The translations under genes were made by a program, and so were the position numbers. Of a stretch of DNA of 64,000 bases, positions 12,001 through 23,393 are shown one piece after another. How positions within the stretch are numbered: position 1 is the stretch's first letter; every line of letters starts with the position of its first letter. The notes beneath the pieces are model-generated. The model searched no databases. It had not been told where the DNA came from and saw only the letters and a list, made by a program, of their open reading frames with translations. Origin of the DNA: Rhizaria sp. SCN 62-66 (lineage: Eukaryota); contig MEDY01000136.1 in assembly GCA_001724265.1 (NCBI GenBank), positions 1-64,000 of the forward strand, given 5' to 3'.

Positions 12001-15000
12001 CGGCGGCAGCAACGAGCTCTAGGTACGGTTGGCAATGGCGATGATAGTGCAACTGACGACGCAAGCGCTGTGCGTGTCAATTCAACTAATAATTACGGTG
12101 GCTGTGATAATATTGATATTGCGGATGCTAGTGAGTGTATTATGCTGTTGCAACCGCAAAACAACAACTCGAATAACGACTCCCACATAAATCGTGTTGA
12201 GTCTGAAAATGAGCCGCTCTCGTCGCCGGCGCTGCTGCCCTACATCCCGACCCCCCAGGCCGTGCTGGCGCTGCTGACCGCAGTCTTCTCCGTGCTGCCC
12301 CCGTCGCTGCTGGCGCCTCTGTATGAGATCGAGCGCGCCGAGGCCGCGCGCTTCACTGCAGTGCTCGCCGCGGCCACGGGGCTCCCGGCGGCGGCGGGCA
12401 CCGCGGCGGCGGCGACCGCGGCGCTGGCACTGGCGCTGGCGCAGGGCACCGCCGTGCCCGCCGGTGACGCCGTGGTGCGCGAGGAGCGCGAGCGGGAACG
12501 AGGGCTGCAGCGAGAGTTCGGACCCTGGCCTGCGAGTGCCGGAGCATACTCCGGTGTCTCCAGCAATGCGAGCCTCCCAAATAGTTCCCCGAACTCTCGC
12601 TCAAGCGGTGATGGCGCTGCCGTGGACGCGGGCGGCGCGGTTCGTGTTGGCTTTGTGAGTGCTGAGGCCGACGCGCGCGCAGTGCTGCTGTCGGTCGCCA
12701 ACGCCGCTGCGCGCTCGTTTGTGCACTCGCTTCCGCCGCTCTGCCTGCAGTCGCAGTCACAACAAGTGCAGTCGCCGTCGCCGTCACGTGAACAGCAGCC
12801 GAGTGACGCGCGTTTGAAGCGGCTCCAGCGGCGACAGGCGCAACGGCGCGAGAAGTGGTTGCTGCTGCAGCGCTTGCAACGGACCCTGGCCACCGGCACC
12901 GTGAAGTCAGTCACTGAGACCGCAGCGGCAGCATTGGCTGCGGCGGACACAGCCGCGGTAGCGGCCGCAGCCGCTGTGGCGAGGGCACGCAGCGACAGCG
13001 ATGACGACGGCGTTGATGACGACGATGTCGACAACGAATATGGCGGCTCTCGCGACAATAGTGCGAGCTTAAGTGCGAGCTCTAGTGCAAGCGCCGCCAA
13101 CTCGAGCCGCCCCCGTGATGCCGACGACAGCACTGGTGGCGGCGACGGCGACGGCGAGGCCCAGTGGTGGCGGCTGCGGCGCGCCGCGGTGGCCTGGCTC
13201 ACGACGACGCCTGCGGGCCGGCGCAGCTGGTACGGGGGACTGCTGCGAGCACACCGCCATAGTATCGAGGTGGGGGGGCGCCGCGGTCGTAGTGAAGCGA
13301 GGGTTGGCCGCGGAGCGAGTGTTGCTGTGGGAGCTGCTGTTAAAGATGCAAGCGGCAGTGACAACAATGATGTTAGTGCTCCCCTCGAGCGCGCGGGGAC
13401 TGGAAGCAGGCGCACTCCCACAAGCACGACACATAATATCTCCGGTGTGAGCACAAGCGCGACGGCTCTTGTGTCGGCAGCAAGCCCTTCAGGCGCAAAT
13501 GCGGGCGCACTTGTTGCTTCAGGCGCGCGCAGTTCCGCGCAGACTGTGGGCAATAGCGCGCAGTCGCCGCGTGTCGCCGCCTTGCCCCCGGCCAAAAACG
13601 CCACTATTGCCGCTTTGAACCACACTGCGAGCTTGGCCTTCTTGGGCGCCAGCGGTCTCGACGACGACGACGAGGACTACGTGCAGACTCACGGGGAAAT
13701 GAACACTCAGACTGTTGTCTGTGACGACGGCGAAGCCAAAACCGATAACAACCTTTTTTATAATGCTACGAGTGCTGCCGGGAAGAACAGCAGCGGCGCG
13801 GACACCGGCGAGATTAGAGGTCATGAACATGACCGTGAGCACGACGTCGAGCTCGGTCTTGACGCTGATTCTGCGGCCAACGCTAACCATGCTGAGGCTG
13901 CCGACGCAAACATCCCTGCTCGTGGTCGCGACCATGATCTTGATCTCGAGGAGGTGGTCAAGATTGCCGCCAAGGTGGCCGTGACTGCAGAGACTCTGGG
14001 TCGGCGCGCGCGAGAATCGACTCGTGCGGCCGACAGCGATAGCAATAGCGCCAGCGCCAGCGACGACGATGACGACGACGACGATGACGATGACGGTGGC
14101 GTTTGGGATCTGCGCGCAAATGGCAATACTGGCGGAGACCAGTTTGGCCACATGTCGCTGCTGCTTCAGCAGGGTTCGGCCTCGCTTGCGCTTGCGCGCC
14201 ACGGCGTGGGCAGCAATGCCAGCGCCGAGGCCGTCCTAAGCTCGCTCGCCTCCGGTGGCGCTGGCGCTGAGACCGTCTCCTTCGCGCCAACTCTCAGTCG
14301 CCGCCGCAAGCGCGCGGCCGCCATTTTGAGCGCGCTGCTGCCGCCCTCCGCCGACGATCACGACGACAACAGCGACAACGACAAGCCCAACGACGGCTCC
14401 GACGGAGACGGCGGCGTCGACAGCGGCAGCGACCGCGAGCACGAGCCTGCGCCGGGTGGACTGAACCAAGAGCAAGACGACGAGCGCCAGCGCGAGCGCG
14501 CGCGCGCCCGGTTTCTGCGACGCAAGGTGGCGCTCGCGGTGCGCCACGCCGAGCCCGCTGCGCTGGACCGCGCGCTCGTGCCGCCGCCGCCCGCGCCGCT
14601 GCCGCGCTGCGAGCTGCTGACGGCCGAGTCGGTTGAGGTGTTGAAGGACGGTTCTGACTCAGACGACGACACCACGATCACCGACGCGAGCGGGGCTAAC
14701 GGCGACGCGGCGGATTGCGCGCGGGCTGCGAAGCTACAGGAAATGCATCAACGGCGCGAGCGCCGCCGGCAGCGCCGTGCTGAGGCAGCTGCCGCCGCCG
14801 CCGCCGCCGCCGCCTCTAGCAGTGCGCTGTCGGGTCCGCGCGAGTTCGGCGCGGTGTCGTCGTTCCTGCCCGGACTGCTGCCTGCCGCGCTGCCGCTTGC
14901 CCAGAGGGCTGTGTCCGCTGCGGCGGCGGCGGCGGCGGCCACAGCCACGGCCACGGCGGCTGCCGTGGGCAGCGAGACTGCTGACCCTGGGGTTGTCGCT

Positions 15001-18000
15001 CGCTCCAGCTCGCATGCAAGCGCCAGTGCGAGCGCCGTGGGCTCTCGCGCCGCCGCAGCGCCTGTGACCGCAATGACGGTGCGCGTGCCGCTGTGCCCGC
15101 CCGCGGCTGCTGCTGCGGCCGTGAACGCGCACTCGCTGCTGCCGCTGCTGGCTCGCTGCGTGGACGCGCATGACCAGGCGCCGCTGCCGCTGCCGCTGCT
15201 GCTGTTGCTGCTTCCGCCGCGTGCGCTTGTCTCCGCAGTCGACTGGCTCGCGCTCGCGCATGGTGCCGGCGTGAACAGTGCGCAGGCCAACAGCGGCGTC
15301 AAAGACAAGGGTACGAACAAGGGCCTTGTCGGCGGTGCTGCCGACGTCACGGATGCGACGCTGACTGAGGCCGTTGCGTGGCAGCTGTCCGGCGCCACCA
15401 TCGGCGCCAGCGCGCACGACGCAGGCAGCAGCGACGTCAGCGGCACTGCGCTGCTGCAGACGAGCAGTGGCGCCGCGCCCGCAGGTCGGGTTGGGGACGG
15501 CGGTGGCGTCCAGCAGCCGCAGCTGACGCGGTGGCCACTGCCGCTGCTCCGCGGCTCAGGTCGCCAGCTCATCGCCTTGGCCGCCGGCGCCAGCGTCGCG
15601 GCGGACAACGGCGGCGCCGCGGGCGACTGGTGGTTTAGCCCACCGCCGACGCTTGCCACGACGACCTGGAGCGAGCGCGTTCTGACCCGCGCACTTCTGC
15701 CGGACTCGGTGACGAGCTACGCTGCTCGCGACAGGAGCGCCACGCACAGCGCCAGCGCAAGTAGCGCCGCGTCCGCGTCCGCGAGTGACGCCGTCGCTGC
15801 CCCTATCCCCGCGATGGGTCCCGGCTTTGCGCCGCCGCGGCCCCCGATGCGCCGCGTCATCTCCGCCGTGGCGGCGACGGCGGCTGCGGCGCTGTGCGCG
15901 CCCGTGCTGGCGCGGCCGTGGATGCGCGCGGGCCTGCTGCTCGCCGCCAGCGCGTACAAGCTCGCCCCCACGCCGCCGCGCGCGCCGCGCCCGATCCAGC
16001 CGGTTGCGCCTGCGCCCCCCGGCCCCAGCAGCGGCGGCGCGGCGAGCAGCGGCGCGAGCTCGAGCGCAAGCTTCGACGGGATCGAAGCCGTGGCCGGGTG
16101 GACTGCGGACCCCGAAACGGCTGCCGCGCTGGCCACCGCGGCCGCTGGCGCCGTACGCCTGAGTGACGCGTACCGTGCCTGCGAGGACGCGCGCCAGGCT
16201 GCGCTGTGGTGCGCGGTCGCCGCTACCGCGGGCCGTGCCGGGCTGGGGCTGGGGCTCCACGGTGGGGGCGCCACCTCGCGGCGTCACCGCGGGGCTAGCA
16301 TCGGAGTCGGCGGCGGTGAAAGCGTTGACAGTAGCGACGGCGACTTCGATAGCGAGAGCGAGAGCGATGGCGACAACGAGCGCGCGCGCGGCGACTGCGA
16401 GCACGGCTGGACCGCCACGAGCAAGGGCGACGCCGCTGGTGCGGGGCTGGGGTGGGAAGAGGACGCCGCGGTCGCTGGCGCAGCGACAGGCGGGGCGGTG
16501 AGCAAGATGAGCGTCGAGTGGCCTGAAGACTACACCGACAGCACCCGCAATGCGAGCCAAGAGATCGCCAGCAGCCCCGGCGAGGACCAAGATGACACTG
16601 CTGTCGGTCGTCGCGGCCCTCGGCGCAACACCAGCTCTGCGGTTGGTGGCAGGCAGAACGGCGGCGACAGCGACGGCGAGCAGTCTGAGCAGTGTGACTC
16701 TGAGCCGCTGCTCTCTTTCCCGCTCAGCATGCCTGCCCATCTGCTTACCAACAGCAAGGTGGCGCTCGACCGTGGCCGCGATCGTGCAGCCTGTGCGAAC
16801 GACGATGACGACTATGACGATGGCACCATTGCCGCAACGGCGCGCAGCGTGGACCGTGTGTGGCGAGCTATGTTCCGGCACAACAAGTCGAACGCCTCGA
16901 GCTCTGACACAAGCCTGGACGCGCCCGCCGGCGTCAGCGGATCTCTCGGCAGCAACGACGCCCCTCTGAACGGTTCTACGCTTGCGACTGAAAACCTCCA
17001 CCCGTCGCGAGCCATGTCGAGCTCGGCGCACCCCACAGTGCGGCTGCGCGCGCGACTGCGCGATCTGGAGGCGCTCTGCCGGCTGCGCGACACGGCCACC
17101 ATCCGCCTCGCCGCCGCCGCCGCGTTCGAGGCCGACGCCGCCGCCGCGGCCGCCGACGCCGCTAGCTCTGGCGGCTACAATAGCACGTCTCGTGGTCGTG
17201 CTCTCGGAGCGTTTGGCGCTGCGCTGTCTGCGGCAGCGAGTGCAATCGGCGCCTCCAACTCCGGCTCCGACTCAAGCGCGATCGCAAACGCTCTGGCGAC
17301 GGGCCACCCGGCCGCGGCCCGCGCGCTGGCGCCGCGCCTGTTGCTGCCGCCGCGCACGCTGTCGGCCGCGCTTGCTCCGGCGTGGGTCACTGTCCTGCTG
17401 CCCCGTGTGCGCGTCGTTAACACCGACAATAGTGTGGCGAACAACAACGATGGTCACGACGATATCGTTGACGCCAGCGCGAACGTAAGGAGCGGTACGC
17501 AAACAGTGTGTGCGCTAGTACCGACGCGGGTGCGGCTCGACTTCAACGCGACAGCGCGAGTCTGGGCTGCGCAGGCGCGCGCATTGCTCGCGATCACTGG
17601 TCTTGCCACCGCCGCAAGCGCCGGCGCCAGCGCCAGCGCCGGCACCGCTGCAAGCAGTGCCGCAAGCGCTGGCGTCAATAGGACAGCTGCTGCGCCTGCG
17701 GTTGCGAGTACGAATGTGACTGTTCGCGGCCGAGGCGGGGGCAGGCGCAGCGATCGGGCCCCTTCCCGCGCTGCCAACACGGCCAGCGTTGCCGCAGCCG
17801 CTACCGCCGCCGCCGCGGGCGAGGGTGAGAGCGTCGAGTCCGGAGCCGGTGTGGGTGGCGGCATCAGCGTCAGCGTTGAAGGGCTCATCGTGGACTGGTC
17901 CGCGCTGCTGCGCCGCCGTCTCGCGCCGCACCTGCCCCCGCTGCCCGCGCCGTCCGGCGGCAGCGACGGGAGCAGCGGCACGCGCGGCGGCATTGGTCGC

Positions 18001-19875
18001 GGCCGCGGCGGCGCAAAGAGCAGCGCAGCAGACGCGGCGGGAGATGAGACTGCGGCGGCAATGACTGCGACTGTGTTGAGCGCTCGCCGCGCGCTGCTGC
18101 AAGCGCCTGCGCTGCCGCCGTCTTTCCCCGCTGGCGCCGTTGTCGGCGGTCTATGCGGTCTAACTTTGATCCAAGCGCTCACGCCGCACGCAGTGCAGGC
18201 GGATCTGGATTGCGGCACCCTGAGTGGCGCGCGCGCCGACTGCTTCTCTCGCCGTGCCGCTGAAGCTGTCGTGACGGTCCGCACTGCCGACAGGCTCGAC
18301 AAGACCAACACGGTCGATATCCAGAGCGCCGCGTCAGCATTGGTATCGGGGTCAGCGTTGGCGTCAGGTGCGCCTCATGCGTCTGCACCATTGGTGTCCG
18401 TGTCTGTTACGCTGCCCCCGCTTCTGCGCGCGCCCGCGCCGGTGCCACTGCTGCTGCCTGGCCGCGTCGCTTGGCCGCTGAGCGAGTCCGCGGTCTGGGG
18501 GCCCGCGGCGCCGCTCGCGCTGCGGGCCCTGGCGCGCGCGGACCGAGCCACTAAGACCGTCGCCAAGGCCATGGCGCTGCGGTTCAACGGACACTACAAC
18601 AGCGACATCACGGGTGTCGGCGGCAACGGCTCTGGTGCGGGTGGCGTTGGCGGCCCTACTGTCGATCGCCAGTCGTCGACTCGCATCACAACCTCTACTG
18701 CGACTGCAACGTCAGAGGCAGCACTGCTGCGGGCCGGATTCGGCGCCGGGCTGGGCGCCACGCCCGTCGCCGCGCTCGCCGCCACCGCTACGGCAACGAG
18801 CAACGCCCCCGCCCGCAGCTCTGTTGCGGGTGTAAATGCAAGTGCGAGTGCCGCGGGCGGGTTCGAGCGCGGTCTCGTGCTCGGCGCGGGCGTCGCGGGC
18901 GGACTTGGACTGCTCGACCACTGGGGCAGGCACACCGCGGCGGGTGGCCGTCATAGTAGCGACGCGGGGGCGGTCGCCAACGTCATCCTGCTTGTTGATG
19001 GGAGGAGCACTAGCGCTCGCTCTGCCGCCGTCGGTGAGTCTGACGCGGGGGAACTCCGTGACTGCTGCGCGTGTGCTGGTGACGCCATCGCGACAGACGC
19101 GCACCGCCGCAGCAGCCAGCGCCGCCGCAGCCGCCTTAACCGCAGCCGTCGGCGCGCTGTTGCTGTTGCTGCGCTCGCTGGGTCCAGCGTCGACGCCCCT
19201 GCGCCGAGCAAGAGCGCGCGTAAGGCTAGTCTGGGCGTCGGCGCTGATGTGGTTGGTGACCTCGCCACCACGCTCTCTGCCGCCACAGCCTCCGCCGCGA
19301 CTTCTGCGGCGGCCTCCGCTTCTGCTGCTGCGCCAGCGGCGACGGCAGGGACGGTAGCGGCGCCGAGGCTCGCCACGGCCAGCGCGGCCGGCGCGCGCGA
19401 GTCTGCCGCCGCCCTGGACTTGTTCCGGCGGGCACAGGTGCTTGAAAGCCAAGCTGCATCGAACCAAAGTCAGGCTGCCGCGCCCGCAGTAACCGATGGA
19501 TGGACCGCTGCTGCAGCAGGAGACGCGGGTGGTAGCACGGACATCAATGCTGCTGGCCGCTGGCCCTGGGACCAGTCCTGGCAACAGCAGGAGCAACAAC
19601 TGCCACCGCAAAAGAAGCTGGAATCCGTCATCGCCAGTACTGCGACTGAAACCGGGGCTGGCCGGCGCAAGCGTCCGCCTTTGCGACAGACTGCAGGGTC
19701 TAAGCCCGTCGCGATGATGGACTCGCTTCCTCAAGGCCTCTCGCGCGCCGTATTTGCGCTGCTGCAGTCATCGAGGTTTGTGTCTGAGGTTGCCGCCAAC
19801 GCGGCGACCAACAGCGGCCAACTGCAACAGCAGCAGCAGGAGAAGGAGCAGCAGGAGCAGCAGGAACAGGGGTAA
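9025..19875 (+). CDS. Giant Ala/Ser/Asp-rich hypothetical protein (~3616 aa) with an AT-hook-like motif; contains one in-frame TAG (10816-10818)
   Basis: ORFs 8992..10818 and 10885..19875 are in the same frame, separated only by TAG. The linker reads ADGDGDGDGTNDNNKHDIDSDG with no other stop. The first ATG after the upstream in-frame TGA (8974) is at 9025. KKRPRGRPPKRRRPGRP lies at ~11431-11484. Ends TAA TGA. Confidence 0.7.
9467..9552 (+). repeat. Coding (AGCTCN)n hexamer repeat encoding poly-Ser
   Basis: AGCTCT/AGCTCA/AGCTCC units are directly visible and in frame as a Ser run. Confidence 0.85.
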
Positions 19876-20094
19876 TGACGAGGGTAAGAACAGGTGAAAT
19901 GGTCCTAGCCACAGGGATAGACCCCTGGGCGACGGCCTGGGCACCAGTAAGAGCCTGAAGTTAAAAAGACCACAGTAATCATCCTCGCTGTCATCAAGTC
20001 TTGGGAGTCATCGTATTTATATTAGTTAGTTTTAAAACTATATATCTCTTTTATTTCGTTTCCAAACTTCTAACTCACAGAATATTGCACAGTG

Positions 20095-20126
20095 ATAAAT
20101 CACAGGGTTAATAAATCACAGGGTTA
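20095..20126. repeat. Perfect 16-bp tandem duplication ATAAATCACAGGGTTA x2
   Basis: 20095-20110 is identical to 20111-20126; intergenic or 3' flank of the giant gene. Confidence 0.9.
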
Positions 20127-20806
20127 AAAAAAGTTGTTGGTTGGCAAGCGAGCAGGATGCTGTTCCCAATGGTTAGTATCAACAGCGGTGGACGGAGGAG
20201 GGGATGTCTGCTGTGTTTGTTTTAAGTTCTTAATGTTTTGTTGTTGCTGATCTTTGCGATCCGGCTGACCAGGAGGTGCGCCAGAACGATCACAGCCACG
20301 AGAGTTGACAGCCGACCCACAAATTGGGTCGATGTGACTATAACCGTGAGGGCGGACCAACGTGGCCTTAAGCGACGATGACCAACTGTACACCAACCCC
20401 GGAGGCGAGCCGCAGCAGTGACTGCTCGAGCTAAAGTCGAGGGCTGACCTTGAAGGCGGATCAGCGTGACTGCGATGAAGATGGAGTAGCGAAGGTGGAG
20501 TTGTAGGCTTCGTGTTCGAAGAAGAAGAAGAAGATATTACTAGGACTAGTACTTGGATATGTCCGTTCGTCTACTTTCCTCACCTCGTCAGCTCTCAGAA
20601 TTGGCCGCGGCGAGCATAGCTACGCTGGCACACATTCGTGTTTACCAGCGCACAAGCTGCACCTGCACCGTGGATAACCTACGAGGAGTAAACGGGGTTT
20701 TCTTAACTCATAATTGCCACAGTTTGATCGTCAAAGTGAAAACCAAGAGTTGTGTGCTTGTGTTTGCAGGGATATACGTATACCATAAATATATATCTTC
20801 TTGAAA

Positions 20807-23342
20807 ATGATACCCTGGCTCGCAGATGTTGTTGCAAGTTTGACTGCACTTCTTGCGCAAGCATCAGTCGACACCGCGACATGGACACTCGCTGAGCTGC
20901 GCTCCAAAGGCCGCAACAGCTTTGACCGCCTTCACGATCATTCGCAGCTACCAGCCGAGATTTCGCGGCACCGCTGCGTTTTCTATGCTTGTTTACTGCG
21001 CGAAGCAGTCTCGCTTCTTTCATCGTCGCCCCCAACTCCCAATGCTTCCCACCTCTCCCCGCGCGCCATCTCGGACCACAGCTCCTGCTATGCTCTCATC
21101 GACGAGTCCTTCTCCCTCCTCCCGCAAGACGCTAGCCCAGCTTTGCGCGACAGTGCCCGGCTGCTCTCCGCGGTCGCGCTCATCGACCTCGCCGCGCTCT
21201 TCGGTCCGCACGGCGCGTCGACCTCCTCTGGCGGGCGCAGCGCGGGCGGACACATGGGCGGATACATAGACAAGGGCGCTGCTGACGCGCTGGCTTGCGC
21301 CGCTGCTGCGTGTGCCGAACGGATTCCCCACGCGCACACTTTGGCGCTGACAGCCCCCGTCAGGTCGAGTATGCGTGCAAGTGACAGCGCGAGCCAAGTC
21401 GACTCAGGCGTTGCTCTCGGTGTCGGCGGTGTCGGCGATGACGACGATGGCAACGGCAGCGACGAGGACGACGACGACGACGATGTCAGCAAATGCGCCG
21501 ACGGCAACCGCCCTCACGATCGCTGCAATGCGAGTGTACAGACTTTGCAGTGGTTGACGCGGCCTGTGGCGACTGTCCGCGCAGTTCGCTCTGTGACTGC
21601 GACCTCCGCTGCGTCCCAATTGCTTTCTGTCTCTGCCGCTGATGATACGGCCGCAAACTCGCAGCCAGTGCCAGTTGTGCTCCGAGCTGCTGCAGACGCG
21701 TGGGGGTGGACTGCGCACACTCGGTGGCCCTCGATCGGTTTGGCCGAGACGCAAACGCGAACGCAAACTTCACCCGCCACCACAGCAGATGCAGCGCAAG
21801 CCACGGCGGTCGACGCGTCTCCGCCCATGTCGTGCCTGGTGTCGGTGCTGTTGGCCCGCGTCTGGCCGCTGGAGCCCGCGTGGGTGCCGTACACGCGCGC
21901 GCACTGGCGGCCGACGCTGGCGCGCGGAGCTGCACTGTGGCGCGGTCTCTCGTCGCACTCTGGGCAGTGCCCGCGTCGCGCGAGAGAAGGCTGTGGGCCG
22001 GCAGGCAGTGAGGCCGGGCGCTGCAGTGAGTGTGAGCATGCGGGACTGTATCTTGCGCAGCACCCAGTGCTCGCGCGCGTGCCGCAGCTGAGGGGAGACG
22101 CGCCTGCGCCTGACTGCTGTGCGCTGCCGCCGCCGTCCCACAGCTCCAGCCGCCGTGTGTCCGCAACAAGCGACGCCACCGCTGTGCAGAGTCCGAGTGT
22201 AGGAGCTCGGCCGATGCTCGTGCTGCCAGCATCGGTGAGTGCGGCTGCTTTAGGGGCGGAGGCCGCAATGCGGCCGCGGCTGGCGCTCCCGGCTCCCAAG
22301 AACGCAGCAGCACGTCTAGCATTGCCCACTGCTTCTGCGACTGTGCGTGCGTTGAGTATGCACATCCCCCACGCAGGTGAAGCAGCGTTGACGTGCTCTG
22401 TTACCCCGACTGTGGAGCCCACGGTGAAGCGTGCACGGATTGCTGTCGCTGGTCCTGATTTGTCTACGACAACTTCTGACGCTGCAACAGAAGATAGTCT
22501 TGCCGCCGAAGATGAGGATACTATGGTAGTGAGCAACTGCTGGATTGGGCCCGTTGGCACGGTGTCTCCGTTACATACGGTACGTAACAAGACTAGCTCG
22601 TCGACTCATATTGGCAATCACGCTTGTTTTTTGTGGGAATATAACATGTACATGTATTCAACAAATTTGAATTCTAAATAGATTACTAGAGTAAATTGTC
22701 TAATTAAATAACGCAATGTGATTATTATACTCACTTCCTCACCCTTCCATCATTTCATTGTCACATACGCTCGCGGGCTCGTGCGTTCACAAACTTCCAC
22801 AGGATCCCGATGACAACTTGTTGTGTCAAGTCGTCGGCAGCAAAACCGTGGTGCTGTTCGCGCCCGCCGCTGGGCCCGCGCTGGGGCTGCGGTCACGGTC
22901 CGGCAAGCTCGCAAACACTGCGCGCGCCCGCATCACAACGCAGGTGGCAACGACAACTGCACAGGCACTCAAAGCGTCAGGCGCGGTCGCAGGCGAGAGC
23001 GCAGAGGCTGACCCAGTTGTGAGTGCAAACGTGGCTGCTCATAGGCATCTCGCGCTCCCCACAGTGCACATCGCGCTTCCTCACCCAGCCAGGGCGCGCA
23101 GCTCCAGTGCCTGTAAAAACGCTCGTCTCGCTGCCGGTGCGAGCGAGGGCGCGTGGCGCGAGGCCGAAGCGTGGGTAGCTCGGCTGGGGCCGGGCGACGC
23201 GCTGTACATTCCCCGTGGCTGGTGGCACCACGTCCAGGCGGATCAAATGCAAGCCACATCTGCGCAATCACAAGCCGCAGACGATCAAAGCAGCCCCGCA
23301 TTTTCCGCGTCTGTGAATTACTGGTGGCGCGTTCGGTCTTGA
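20807..23342 (+). CDS. JmjC/cupin-like oxygenase, JMJD5(KDM8)-like, 2 exons, ~770 aa
   Basis: Exons 20807-22579 and 22803-23342. Splicing restores WIGPVGTVSPLHT|DPDDNLLCQVVGSK (HxD iron ligands). Also YLAQH, LGPGDALYIPRGWWHHV and C-terminal SVNYWW. Ends TGA. Confidence 0.85.
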
Positions 23343-23393
23343 AATTAGTGTGTGAATACGTACTTGATCGATAGCAGAGCTGGCGCAATACAA

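Noticed and set aside
20124-20582. Possible small minus-strand gene (ORF 20124..20396 extended upstream)
   Set aside because: The frame has no ATG even when TAG is read through, and no recognisable product.
22679-22681. TAG ending ORF 20801..22681
   Set aside because: It lies inside the JmjC intron (22580-22802), so it counts neither as a true terminator nor as a recoded codon.
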